This document shows positions 10,199-21,500 of a stretch of 64,000 nt of DNA, piece by piece. The stretch's first letter is position 1, and every line of letters begins with the position of its first letter. Location of the stretch: the IMG/VR virus record IMGVR_UViG_3300032053_018320; one strand, 5' to 3'. The position numbers and the translations under genes are program-made. Source of the DNA: an uncultured virus (IMG/VR IMGVR_UViG_3300032053_018320). Its lineage: Duplodnaviria; Heunggongvirae; Uroviricota; Caudoviricetes. The notes beneath the pieces were generated by a model. It made no database searches, was not told the origin of the DNA, and was given only the letters and a program-made list of their open reading frames with translations.

Positions 10199-11713
10199 TC
10201 AACCTCCAGCACGAAGCAATGAATTAACGTTCGCATACATTATACAAACCACGAGCGCTATGATGAATCCGACCGTTATGATGAACATATATGCCTTGGC
10301 AGAATTAGGAACGACACGGATGATTTTTTCCGTATACGTTAGTTCATCCTTTTCTGGTTCCCACGATCCTTCTTCGATTTGTTGTTTTAAGTCATCCCAC
10401 TTCATGAGATAGTGCTGAGCGAGACTTCGTTCTTCTTCAATATCAAGTTCAGCATTTTCATATTCAGTCTTATACCAATCAACAAGACGAGATAATGTTT
10501 GTTTCACTGTCTGATTTAGTTGTTTTTCATTGATGATGACATCCATCTTGGTGTCTGCATCAGCAGGCGAATATATCAACATAAATATCGGTATTTCTGA
10601 TGTAGCCCATCCAGCAGTAACCATTGCACACGGTGCTGCTTGAATCTTGACTGAATATCCTTCATGTTGACCAGACTGCTCTTGAAACATAAATTCCTCT
10701 GAATACGGACGACGCATGATCAGTATGAAACGATCAAACACAGCATTCGTGTCGAAATATGAAACCGGCTGATAATTCAAGACCATTTCCACGTGACAAT
10801 CAGCGGATAGAAGATTCTCGAACATCCGACGAACTTCAAACAGACGATACTGCATTGCAAGGACATAATCATCGTAACCCATTTGAGAAATATTCTCGTG
10901 ACATTCATCGATGGTTCGGATTCTAAAATCTACTTCATCGTCGGTCATATTTTTCAAGTTCTTTTGAGCGACAGTTATATTCGGTTTCGCAGTAGCATCC
11001 TTCGACGATTTACCAGTTGCTGGCGGAGTTACTGGCGTTCCACCAACTAAATCTTGAATGACACTCAATTGCTTCAGTGCATCATCGAGTAAAATTGATT
11101 TTTCTTCTATTTGCTTCTTCAAATCTTCATATCGTTGGTCAGTTTTAGCGCCTATTTCAGCAAGGGCTTTTATTTGCATTTCTCTAATGCGATTATGTGC
11201 TTCATCTCGATCAATGGTCGGCGTTTGATCATCGATCGTTCCCTTATTAACGTCAGCGAACACATTTTGTTTATCATCAGTTCTAGAACGTCTCGTTCGT
11301 TTTTCTTCCATGAGAAGCATTCGTTCGCTATCAACAGTTAAACTTAATCGAATCTCTTCATAATGTGGGTCCTTTTCAACAGCAGTAACATCGAATTCTG
11401 ATACTCGTAACGTTTCATGAAATTGAACCCCAAAAAGATAATCTTGATTTTCCTCTTTGTTACGATGCACGCGGGCATCCAAGAATGATTTTCCTTCAAC
11501 TGCTTTTCTGTGCTTCTCGGGTAATCTCATACTAATGTTAGCCAACGTGAAGATGTATATGACTATTCCGAATACCCATACTATTATGCTCCATATCGAA
11601 AAAAGACCACTCATCACGTAGATATAAAACGCCATAGGTATACCCATCATGGATATGAGTATAGTCAATTGGATTTTATTTTCTCCTTGAGTTAGTGTTG
11701 CCATATTAATCAT
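10199..11713 (-). CDS. Membrane protein with coiled coils (two N-terminal TMs, one C-terminal TM)
   Basis: Hydrophobic segments at both ends; heptad-like charged segments. Confidence 0.8.
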   Translation of the reverse strand: MINMATLTQGENKIQLTILISMMGIPMAFYIYVMSGLFSIWSIIVWVFGIVIYIFTLANISMRLPEKHRKAVEGKSFLDARVHRNKEENQDYLFGVQFHETLRVSEFDVTAVEKDPHYEEIRLSLTVDSERMLLMEEKRTRRSRTDDKQNVFADVNKGTIDDQTPTIDRDEAHNRIREMQIKALAEIGAKTDQRYEDLKKQIEEKSILLDDALKQLSVIQDLVGGTPVTPPATGKSSKDATAKPNITVAQKNLKNMTDDEVDFRIRTIDECHENISQMGYDDYVLAMQYRLFEVRRMFENLLSADCHVEMVLNYQPVSYFDTNAVFDRFILIMRRPYSEEFMFQEQSGQHEGYSVKIQAAPCAMVTAGWATSEIPIFMLIYSPADADTKMDVIINEKQLNQTVKQTLSRLVDWYKTEYENAELDIEEERSLAQHYLMKWDDLKQQIEEGSWEPEKDELTYTEKIIRVVPNSAKAYMFIITVGFIIALVVCIMYANVNSLLRAGG

Positions 11714-11733
11714 TTACAAGATAAGAAATGATG

Positions 11734-11751
11734 TATATAAAGGTATTCGTT
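11734..11751 (-). promoter_or_regulatory. Archaeal BRE-TATA promoter
   Basis: Minus strand AACGAATACCTTTATATA just upstream of 10199..11713. Confidence 0.6.
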
Positions 11752-11834
11752 TAAGCGTTAGTGAAATTAATTATCATACGCTTAATGTTAAAAGAAAAAC
11801 TCTCGGTTTGAAAAAGTTAGGAAAAAACGAGACA

Positions 11835-12122
11835 TCAAATGGGATCGGCTTTACGGAACCGAAACTTGCCGAATCCTTGTTTGCCGGTTGCTTCAGCAGT
11901 GGATAGAATTCTCTTTTTTCTTCTTGAATTGTATCGTTCAACGCTATAATACTGACCTTTGACAGGATTTTTCGGTAGTTGCTTGACCAATCTTGAAGTT
12001 ATGACTGATCCGTCCTTTAGAGTAACAACTACTGCATCACCACCTATTCTTCTTGGTGGTGTCTTTCCACTCGCTTTTTTCTTTGGAGTTTTTGCATACT
12101 TTTTTACTCGTTTGACTGACAT
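11835..12122 (-). CDS. Small highly basic protein (possible nucleoprotein)
   Basis: 95 aa, very K/R-rich. Confidence 0.7.
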   Translation of the reverse strand: MSVKRVKKYAKTPKKKASGKTPPRRIGGDAVVVTLKDGSVITSRLVKQLPKNPVKGQYYSVERYNSRRKKRILSTAEATGKQGFGKFRFRKADPI

Positions 12123-12124
12123 GT

Positions 12125-13372
12125 TTACACCTTACAAACTGTGTTTGACCATGGAGAGTTTGGGTCATTCATGAAATATATCAAGTAATCTATCAATGAC
12201 TTTGATTGCATGGCGTCAATATTCTCGATCATGATTGTTTTTATTTGTTCAGTGAGTTGTGACCGTCCAATGATGTCAACGATCGTTGATTTATTGATCA
12301 TGATTCGTTGTTTGACATCGTTCATACCATCAATGAACTGGGCATCATCGAGTATATCGGCTGTAGCAAGGAATTGCTTTTCTGCAGACTTCTTGAGAAG
12401 ATTTTTATGGGAGTCACGAGCCAGATCGACTAATCTACGAATATGCTTTATTTTTGGATCGGTCGTGACCTTCGTGATATATCGAAGCGATTCCTTCACT
12501 TGATATTGCTTTGGGTCATCATCGAGACCAAAGGCTAGTTCAAACATATACACTTGACCAGCACGACGAAGCGATGCATATTTGAAGTCTGGTATATCCA
12601 TATGTTGTTCATCGAAGGGCTTCATATCAAGTTCAACCCGTTCGATGTATACATTGTCATCCTTCTTGAAATTGCTATCATTATCAAGTATGTCTGAAAT
12701 ATTACTGAATACTAATGAATCGCTGTCTTGAGCAATTGAAACATCATACTTGACAAATCGTGAGAACGCATTTTTATTCATGACGAAATTGTCTGGAGTC
12801 ACGTGGGCTTCAATTATGGTTGAAACTCGTGATACCACTAATGGAACTGCACACGATCGTGCATCTGGATTACCGAGCGGACATTCACCATACACAAAGA
12901 ATCCTTGATTTCCATCGACTTGACTGAACAGTAGTCGTGCATCCGAGAACGTAACTACGACGTCTTTGCCGTGAAGATACGCCCATCGTGGCGGACGACC
13001 AGTAACGATCATTGATGATGTATCCTGTTTTTTATTTGCATCTGTTTCGACAACCTTTTTTGGAGCACCAGCCTTTGTCGTGGGTCGTTCTTTACACATT
13101 CGTTCTCTATTCTCGATATCGGTTTTCATCTTCTGTAAGACTTCAACAACATTAATAGGAAACCGATACGACCCAGATTTTTCATACGTCTGATCGTTAA
13201 CCTTATTCAATTCAAACACTAATTCATCGGAAGTTAATCGTGCATAATATGCAACGTTTGATGCACTCGCAAGTTCCTTGAGCATATACAACGGCATTTG
13301 ACTGGGTATTGTTTCTTCTGCCCAGTTCTTTTGTTTTCCTACCGATGTTCGTTGGCTTTCATTCGGAGTCAT
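12125..13372 (-). CDS. Protein with N-terminal Rho-N/SAP-like (HeH) nucleic-acid-binding motif
   Basis: QMPLYMLKELASASNVAYYARLTSDELVFEL fits the LKELA..YS.L.KDEL pattern. Confidence 0.6.
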   Translation of the reverse strand: MTPNESQRTSVGKQKNWAEETIPSQMPLYMLKELASASNVAYYARLTSDELVFELNKVNDQTYEKSGSYRFPINVVEVLQKMKTDIENRERMCKERPTTKAGAPKKVVETDANKKQDTSSMIVTGRPPRWAYLHGKDVVVTFSDARLLFSQVDGNQGFFVYGECPLGNPDARSCAVPLVVSRVSTIIEAHVTPDNFVMNKNAFSRFVKYDVSIAQDSDSLVFSNISDILDNDSNFKKDDNVYIERVELDMKPFDEQHMDIPDFKYASLRRAGQVYMFELAFGLDDDPKQYQVKESLRYITKVTTDPKIKHIRRLVDLARDSHKNLLKKSAEKQFLATADILDDAQFIDGMNDVKQRIMINKSTIVDIIGRSQLTEQIKTIMIENIDAMQSKSLIDYLIYFMNDPNSPWSNTVCKV

Positions 13373-14670
13373 AACGATACCTCGACATTCAATGTTAAAT
13401 AATCGATGTCCACGGTAGCAACGGAGTTACCAAGGAAATCTATCACTACTGCTATTCCCGACTGTATTAAAAAACTTTTGTATTGAACTATTTTGTATGT
13501 TCGTCCATTTACTCCATTGCTTGCTGAATCAGAAATGGCGACGATTGAATATCGCTCATTATCGTGGGTAATGAACAGTGATTTTTCAAGATCGAACGTT
13601 CCATGATCATCTGCATCAATGGTAACTGTCACATACTGCACAGATTCAATCGATGGATTGATCGGCAGCGAAAAAGTGAATGCTATGTTTAACGAATACA
13701 ATGGTAGCGGGTATCTATTATCACCAATCGTGTATGATGTGTCCCACTCAAATCCTATCGCGTCTATCATGACAAATGATGATGAAAATACTATACTCGT
13801 TAATGATGTTGACGATATATTAAATATCTTTGGTATAACAACATCGTCAATGTAAAAGGTTATAGATTTCGATGAAAAATCGATGATGATCCATGATCTA
13901 TACCATTGACCTATCGTGACGGCAGAAATATCGTTGTTGGCGGAAACTTGATTGAAAAATAACGACATCAATTTGCTCGAATCGTTATGTGCGATCAGCG
14001 AAAACACTGTCAATCCACCATTCATGATCGAAAAAAACGATGTATCTTGATGATTTGAATTAATCTTGAACCAAAATTCGATTGATGTCGACTTACCAGA
14101 AACAATACAATCGTGCTGGATTTTAGTTCCGTTCAAATCGATTACTTTTTTGTGACCACCATCAAGGTCTGTGATCGTCGGATCATTAAACCCGGGCACA
14201 GTCGTCCATCCATTTATAGCGTGCTTTCCAGTGGATTCGTTCGTGAATGAATATGAACCAGCATACGTTCCTGCTTCATTTATTTGATCAGAAGTTATCG
14301 TTAATGATTTATCATCATGATTTGAAATTGTGTCAACGATGTTCTGCGTTCCGACAACGTTGCCTGTTATTTTGTAGGATTCCAATCCGTATTGTCGTTG
14401 ATACGATACGAAATTGATGGTAGGTGATATTAACCACGCAAAAATTATGAATCCAGCGACTACACCAACAATTATGAGTGTAGAACGTTTCGTGAGAAAT
14501 TTTTTAGGCGTTCCCTTCGTCACTAATTGATTAGTCTTATTTCTTGATGATCGTGAATTAGTTGACGATGACTGCCGTGTAGTATGTCCTTTATTCGATG
14601 ATGATTTTTTTCCTTTTGCCTTATTTGAATTCGTCTTTTTTGTTGGCGTAGGACTTCGTTTCTTATCCAC
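13369..14670 (-). CDS. Type II membrane protein with LamG/concanavalin-like ectodomain
   Basis: Basic N-tail, one TM, SIEFWFK...WYRSWI...FYIDD, IDAIGFEWD..YTIGDN. Confidence 0.7.
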   Translation of the reverse strand: MDKKRSPTPTKKTNSNKAKGKKSSSNKGHTTRQSSSTNSRSSRNKTNQLVTKGTPKKFLTKRSTLIIVGVVAGFIIFAWLISPTINFVSYQRQYGLESYKITGNVVGTQNIVDTISNHDDKSLTITSDQINEAGTYAGSYSFTNESTGKHAINGWTTVPGFNDPTITDLDGGHKKVIDLNGTKIQHDCIVSGKSTSIEFWFKINSNHQDTSFFSIMNGGLTVFSLIAHNDSSKLMSLFFNQVSANNDISAVTIGQWYRSWIIIDFSSKSITFYIDDVVIPKIFNISSTSLTSIVFSSSFVMIDAIGFEWDTSYTIGDNRYPLPLYSLNIAFTFSLPINPSIESVQYVTVTIDADDHGTFDLEKSLFITHDNERYSIVAISDSASNGVNGRTYKIVQYKSFLIQSGIAVVIDFLGNSVATVDIDYLTLNVEVSL

Positions 14671-15214
14671 TGTTTCTCGCCTTCTCGACGTTCAATAACA
14701 TAATTGAAATACCAGCAGATAATACCCAAGCAATCCCCTTGATGATGATATATATCATGACGACTGCTGCCCACGTTACACCACCAAACAACGAAAATGT
14801 GATGGTGTTCAAGAGTCCTGTCTGGATAACTGTCACATAAATGGCTGCATTCAAAATCCAATAAATCGTCATTCGTAACACATTTCGACGAGAGCCGTAT
14901 AGCCACGCCTTGAAATATGTAACATCGTAAACTTTTTTTACAATTCCCGTGACAATGACAGACGAAAAATACGATGCCATAATGTCTGACACGAGATAAA
15001 TTCCCAACAATGCGAAAAATCTTGAAAAAACATCGATCGTTTTAGAATTAACGGTTGCTATCGAGAAAAAATAAAAGATGACAGTTGAAAACAACAATTG
15101 AATGATACCATATAAGAAAACGTCTGCTTTGAATGGTGTGCCGAGACTCATTGGTGGCTGAGGTTCGTTCTTGACTTTCTTGACATTTTTAATAGTCGAC
15201 GGCATAGTCACCAC
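14663..15214 (-). CDS. 4-TM membrane protein
   Basis: Four hydrophobic helices. Confidence 0.75.
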   Translation of the reverse strand: MVTMPSTIKNVKKVKNEPQPPMSLGTPFKADVFLYGIIQLLFSTVIFYFFSIATVNSKTIDVFSRFFALLGIYLVSDIMASYFSSVIVTGIVKKVYDVTYFKAWLYGSRRNVLRMTIYWILNAAIYVTVIQTGLLNTITFSLFGGVTWAAVVMIYIIIKGIAWVLSAGISIMLLNVEKARNSG

Positions 15215-15238
15215 AAGGGTAGAAAATAACTTGTAAAT

Positions 15239-16249
15239 TTAACTCAATGTTTGTATTCTTGTATTCAATTGCTGATTCAGCCGATCCATGGTCTGATCGA
15301 TTTTCCTAACTTCTGGATCGCTATAAATATCGACCATGGTCTTGACTTTATCGTTGAAGGTCGCTATTTTCTTCTTGATCGATGTAACTTCTGCCTTTGA
15401 ACTTGCTGATGCAAGATCATTCGTGAAATTCTTGGCAGTCGTCAATATATCATCCATCGACCATTTGCCTTCGACGTTCATGAGCGATTTTCGCTCAGTT
15501 TCTTTGCTACACGATGGTGGATTAGTCGACGGAGCAACGATCAAGCTGTTTTCTTGCATCCATTGTTCTAAATTAAGCAATGGAATATACAAATACGAAC
15601 CTTCCTTCTTGTGCTTGATGCCAATTATTCTGACGAATCGATAGAATTGATCGGCTTTCTTTGATGGTTTTACTTCGAATGTTTGATCTGGATCGTCACT
15701 TGACGTTAATGCACCCAACTTAACGGTCAAAGTTATCCTATCTCGCATTCCTTTCTGCAACGATTGACCAAACGCAACGAGTTCACGAAGCAATGGAATC
15801 CATTGACGACTATCCGGCAACTGAGGTTCAGTGCCACGGTGAATATCCAATGCATACGGATAATTTCGCTGTTTAGCAGTCGCTCGTTGAGGGTCCATTT
15901 GTCCGAATTTTTCATCGCCACTGTCAGCACAGTTATCTTCATCCTTCTGTGGTGTAACACGAGAATAATAAAATCCCTTACCCTCTGCCCACGTCATCAA
16001 GGTTTCGATAGCAGCACGTTCAATGTGACCCTTAAATTCATCTGGTGATGCCGACCACATTAGTTGCCTGAGCGAATCTTTGTCTTCGTTAGTTAAATGC
16101 GACAATCCTTTGCTCACGATCTGTTGAATTGCTCTTGAATCCCATGAATCAACATTCGTGAACTGATCATCACCAACGTTTTCAGGTCTAACGTATCGAC
16201 GCTCACCAGAGACCTTGTCCTTGTATGATAGTCTTGGCATTACGATCAC
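15239..16249 (-). CDS. Hypothetical protein with C-terminal coiled coil
   Basis: 336-aa ORF with its own upstream TATA box. Confidence 0.75.
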   Translation of the reverse strand: MIVMPRLSYKDKVSGERRYVRPENVGDDQFTNVDSWDSRAIQQIVSKGLSHLTNEDKDSLRQLMWSASPDEFKGHIERAAIETLMTWAEGKGFYYSRVTPQKDEDNCADSGDEKFGQMDPQRATAKQRNYPYALDIHRGTEPQLPDSRQWIPLLRELVAFGQSLQKGMRDRITLTVKLGALTSSDDPDQTFEVKPSKKADQFYRFVRIIGIKHKKEGSYLYIPLLNLEQWMQENSLIVAPSTNPPSCSKETERKSLMNVEGKWSMDDILTTAKNFTNDLASASSKAEVTSIKKKIATFNDKVKTMVDIYSDPEVRKIDQTMDRLNQQLNTRIQTLS

Positions 16250-16313
16250 TATTATTTTTCAATATCCAGATCGGGAATCAGATTCCAGACATTGATCTTG
16301 TATCTTGGTCAGT

Positions 16314-16332
16314 TATTTTAAAGGATTTCGTT
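16314..16332 (-). promoter_or_regulatory. Archaeal BRE-TATA promoter
   Basis: Minus strand AACGAAATCCTTTAAAATA; the same CGAAATCCTTTAA core recurs at 32939-32951. Confidence 0.6.
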
Positions 16333-16365
16333 GTTTAATCTTTTAGACTCACTTGACATTTTCAT

Positions 16366-17190
16366 TCATTTTTTCTGATGTTTCTTGGCCTTTTTCTTTC
16401 GTCCTTGTTGAAGTTCCTTTGATCGTGGATTATGCAAACGATTAGCGCCAGTATTAGTTGTTTTCTTACCACGAAGATGTTGTTTTTTCAACGGAGATGT
16501 TTGTCGAAGGTCTTCAAATCGTTTTTCCCGTTTTTTCTTCTCGATGGCGATCGATGGCGGGACAATTTCGATGAAGATGATCGTCAATAGGATGAAATAA
16601 ATCACGATGGTTATTATCCAAAATTCCGATGGATACGGATAGATATATATGACAAAATAGGCGATTATCTTGAGTGGCGATGCTAATGTCACGAGCAATG
16701 CTTCAGCGATATTCGTGCCAGGTGGATACAGAAACGTTGGATCGAGATCATACATAGATAGATAAGCAATCATTTCCATGATGAAAAACGTTAGCACCAA
16801 TGAAAATAACGCACTTTTAATCATTTGTATTCGCTGACTATTTTTATATCCAGATCGAACCTGCTCTTCGCCAAGGATCAAGAATGTGACGATCGATATT
16901 CCAAATCCACTGAATATACCCATCAACAACAATATTTGAATCCAATATATCGATTGTTCAACGGTATGAATATCCGGCAGGTTATCGTGAAACCAACTAC
17001 CCCACACGACTTGAATCATGTAAAACGATATGAATGCTGCGAAAAACGAAATACCTATTGTTTTAACAGTAACCGAAATTTGTACATATTTTTTCGTCTG
17101 AATAATCCGTCTAACAAATTTTGGCGAGACGTGACCTTCACGTTCTTGTACAAAATCCGCTGGATAAGGGCCTTTATTTGATGCAGACAT
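16366..17190 (-). CDS. Multi-TM membrane protein with basic C-tail
   Basis: Likely start MSASNK; 4-5 hydrophobic helices; K/R-rich tail. Confidence 0.75.
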   Translation of the reverse strand: MSASNKGPYPADFVQEREGHVSPKFVRRIIQTKKYVQISVTVKTIGISFFAAFISFYMIQVVWGSWFHDNLPDIHTVEQSIYWIQILLLMGIFSGFGISIVTFLILGEEQVRSGYKNSQRIQMIKSALFSLVLTFFIMEMIAYLSMYDLDPTFLYPPGTNIAEALLVTLASPLKIIAYFVIYIYPYPSEFWIITIVIYFILLTIIFIEIVPPSIAIEKKKREKRFEDLRQTSPLKKQHLRGKKTTNTGANRLHNPRSKELQQGRKKKAKKHQKK

Positions 17191-17194
17191 TTTT

Positions 17195-18037
17195 TCACGC
17201 CATTGAAGTATACACTTGTATACCGAAACTGATGTTAACCATGAGATGCGCAATGAGCACTAAATCAAAACGCTTGGTGAACGCGTAGAAGAATGATAAT
17301 TCGAGACCATTCACGAGAACAGCATATAAAACGCCGCCTTCATACTTTCCAGCGTGAGCGATACCAAATGAAAGACCAGTTATCGTTGCTACAACTGACT
17401 TGAGAATGATGAGTTTCCATTGTGTTATTTCACGAACATCATTCTTCTTTTCTATTTTTTGAATCAGTTTTGCGCCGATCATGATCGGTGCTGCAGTCAA
17501 AAATAATCGAAAAAACACTTCCTCTGCTGGTGCGGAGAAAACATAGAATAAGAACGCGTCAATGGCTGTCACATTTAACTTTACTGCCTTGAGCAAGACT
17601 TGGGTGATCATGAGCATAATGAATAGACCTATACCCAAACCAATGTCATACATATCTGTCGTATGATATTCGTTAAATCTGACCAATTTTAACGCGTGAG
17701 CAGCACCTCGCCACACATATGAACCGAATAAACAAAAGGCAATATTCATCAATGTATATTGAACGATAGGAGTTGTCGGATCGTTCCAATACCTTGCGGT
17801 CAGATATATCTGGATGATCACCGTTAGACCAACGATGAACTCAGAGAACATAGTTGGTTTATATTTTATACCACTCAAATATAAAATCTTTTCTTCTAAC
17901 ATCTGATATTCGTCGTCGGAACCATCAACACACTGGTTCTTTCGTCGTTTGCTAACGTTAATTATCCTAGTCACACGAGGATTTCGTGGCACTCTGCATT
18001 CTTTAACTACAAGATTTCTTGTCATGATGCGGTTCAA
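17195..18037 (-). CDS. CPBP family (CAAX/Abi) intramembrane glutamic protease
   Basis: AEEVFFR, FGIAH and AHLMVN motifs; multiple TMs. Confidence 0.85.
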   Translation of the reverse strand: MNRIMTRNLVVKECRVPRNPRVTRIINVSKRRKNQCVDGSDDEYQMLEEKILYLSGIKYKPTMFSEFIVGLTVIIQIYLTARYWNDPTTPIVQYTLMNIAFCLFGSYVWRGAAHALKLVRFNEYHTTDMYDIGLGIGLFIMLMITQVLLKAVKLNVTAIDAFLFYVFSAPAEEVFFRLFLTAAPIMIGAKLIQKIEKKNDVREITQWKLIILKSVVATITGLSFGIAHAGKYEGGVLYAVLVNGLELSFFYAFTKRFDLVLIAHLMVNISFGIQVYTSMA

Positions 18038-18462
18038 TCACCTGGTTTCCAGCCTTCTGGTTCCCAACCTGGAATATATCTATTATTGTATGAGTTATTT
18101 AATTCCGGTAATTTGCCATCAATCTCTGACTTTCGTTGTTTCAAGGCGACATCCATTTTGCCAAACTCAGATGTCAATTTTTCAACAACGTTTGACCAGA
18201 ATGCAACCATCTTGGGTTTCTGCTTTGTGTCCCAATTGTATTTATTGCAGTTTTTAGCCTGTATGAGTCGTTCCTTAGCCTTCGCTAACATACACTGAAC
18301 TGTGCTCATATCACAAACGAGTTGCGAAATCTTGATGTTGCAGTATTCGCTGAGTGGTTTTACCTTTATTGCTAATACTTCTTCATCAAACGACTCGTGT
18401 CCATCTATTACAGAGCCTTGCTCTTCGATGGATTCATTGTTCACGGAATTTGATTCTGTCAT
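18034..18462 (-). CDS. Hypothetical coiled-coil protein
   Basis: 142-aa ORF overlapping the next gene by 4 nt. Confidence 0.65.
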   Translation of the reverse strand: MTESNSVNNESIEEQGSVIDGHESFDEEVLAIKVKPLSEYCNIKISQLVCDMSTVQCMLAKAKERLIQAKNCNKYNWDTKQKPKMVAFWSNVVEKLTSEFGKMDVALKQRKSEIDGKLPELNNSYNNRYIPGWEPEGWKPGD

Positions 18463-18511
18463 ACGTCATTCCTTCGACTATCTATCATTTTCGTGATTTT
18501 TAAATGTTCCA

Positions 18512-21500
18512 TCACAATATGCCTCGGCGTTTTGGTGCGTCATTTCTCATTATACTAGCTTGATTCGATGCCTTACCGTGTCTAACACCGCCTACTTCAG
18601 TTGCTGGTCGAGTTCGTCGTCCAGATGGAGTAGCAGATGAAGATACAGGCGTCGACTTGCCTTTTTTGCCTGACTTACGAGGTTTATCATTGATTGCGCC
18701 AGTTATATCCTTACCACCAACTGACGTTTTACGTTCTCGCCAGACCAAGAATACAATGAGTGTGATGACACCGATGAACACGAATACTACGATGATATTA
18801 GCCCAGTCATTGCCGGTCGCCGTCACAGTTATTGGCGTTGGAACTCGTGCAAAACTCGTGCTGATATAATTGGAATTATTCGACACGAAGAAATTAGCAA
18901 AAGTTGCAGCCAACGACGAAGATTCGTTTTCTCTATGTCTGACAAACGTCCCGTTATCCGCATTACGCATCCTATATTGATACAAACCACCCGGAACGTA
19001 TGTTTTAACAAAGTTCTCTGTGTATATCGTAAAATTTTGAACTTTCGTTCCACGTTTCAATTCAAACAAGATCGGAAACGGATAACTATTTGTCAATGTC
19101 AATTCAATGATTCCAGTTATCTGCACATCCTCTGACCAATTTATGAGTGTCGAATAACTGGTTCGTTGGATCAGATTTTGAATTTCTGAATTCGACGATT
19201 TAACTTCATTGAATTGGAAATTCATCGAACCGTTGATACTAATGGTATTACTGATGATACTGTTGTTAACATTGAGCAATTGGCTGTTTATATATGCTGT
19301 TTCGTTATTTATCTGATATGTTATCGTTGTCGTCTGATTGTTAACGGTCGAAGTTATATATCCCGTGAGTTGTCCGGTCTGGTTATTCATCAAGTCAGTG
19401 AAAAATGTCTGCGTTAAGTTGACATCTATTGAATTGATCGTGTTATTGATATTTATCAAGTATTGCTCTAGATTGGCAGATTGTTGGAGAATAGTCGAAT
19501 TGATATTCGTGAACAACGTTGTCATATAAGTTGTCTGAGCATTGATCGTGGAATTCACGTTCGCGATTAACGATTGAATATACGTCGTTTGACTATTTAT
19601 GGTTGAGTTAAGATTTGCCATCAAACTTGTTATATAAAGCGTTTGTTGATTGATCGTTGAATTGACAGAGATCACACCAGCATTCATCGTTAGCAACTGC
19701 GTTCCGAGCGTTGTATTCATACTCGTGATGCTGATGTCGACATTCACGATGGAATTATTGATCTGTGAATTTTGGTTCGTGATATTCAATTCAACATTCG
19801 TTATCTGGTTTCCAATCGTTCTGTTGACATTCACGATGTTATTGATCGCGTTCTGGATCGTTAAATCGCTAGTGATCAATAGATAATCATCACCAAACAA
19901 ATTGAAATGATATGTAGTCATACTATTGAAATGATCACGAACAGCGATTGTATATGTTCCTGTCGTTAATTTTTCTTCTGCACCGGTCTTTGGATAAAGA
20001 TAACGACTCCAATAAAATCCGGGCGCAAACAACTTAGTTATCGTGTAATTCGCAAAATATTCATCTTGGTTGTAAATTTCCAATGAATGAACTACAACGA
20101 TGATGTTGAGATAGTTAGAAAAACTCAATACCTTATACGTTCCGTAGAATACAACTTCATTGAAAACGTTACGAGAAGTGATAGTGAGAGTCGATCCGAT
20201 CTCGGCTTGAAACACATTTGATGGTTGAAGAACGAACACATCACCAAGGAGGAGGTATGTCCGGATATTCGTGATCGGTTGTCCTCGTTGATCCGAATAC
20301 GCGATCGTTATATCTCGCAGGCTTGGCGGCAACACATTTATTGCATTACTACCACCGTCAATCGTTACTCGATCAAAATCTGCTGCGTCCATCGTTGGAA
20401 TTGTTTCTGCCAATAAATAATACGTTCCAGCAGTTATATTGAAACTAACTTGTTGATTCATACCAATATATCGTGAAAACACAGCGTTATCGTGCATATA
20501 CTTCTTAAAAGCATCGATATTTTGAGGATTTCTGCTGGTCAACCCAATCGAAAAATTCTGGATGGAGTATGTTCCATTTATCGACCATAATTTAACAGTG
20601 AATACAGATTTCGATATATCGATGGGCATAATGATACTCACTGAATATCGTTTGGTGAACACGAAAACAATATATTGGTTTGCATCTCCGAACACTTGTA
20701 ATGGGTAACTTCCAAATGTAACATTGATAACGAACGATATATTGTAATTTGCGCCTTGATATAATGAAATATCATTCCACATAGATAGTGGGAATTGATA
20801 TGTTAATGACGTTTGCGCTGTGAAATTTGATGTTTGATCGATGATGCTTGCCATTGCTGGTATATAATCATGCGGTCGAGTGACATCATACTCGAAACCG
20901 AGATTATCGAGATGTCCGAATGATGTATACCAGGTAGCGCCAATTTTTGACGTATTTGTCACATAAGCAATATATGGACCGCTGTTAAACAAGAACGCTG
21001 TTCTCGCCGACGACGTCTTGATGAGTTCCCTGTTTGCCAACTCAATGTTTGACGTGAAATATTCAAGAGCGTTCTTACTCTCTAGATACGTCCATAATAA
21101 TGTGCCTAACGATTTGAAACTCGAATATTCGTATACCACCGTGTTAGTATCAGAAATGGTTGCTGTCAGACCATGAAATATTAATTGTTGGTTGATCCAT
21201 AACGTATTGCCAGTTGAATTCCATTCAAACACGAAGTAATTCCACGTATCGTTTATCACTGAATAATTCGTTTGTCTGATATAGTTTATACCATTTTTCT
21301 TCGTGAAATATGCTACAATCGATGATGAATTTGAGTCGTCGAACGCACTACCGATGACGAACGCATTTATTTTATCATCTAACGAGTTTGTTTTCGTACC
21401 ACCATCATCATAGATGGCAAAAATATATTTCGATGCGCCGCCGGAACTATTCGCATAAAACCAGAACGACACCCGTCCACGAGATTCATATCCATATCCA

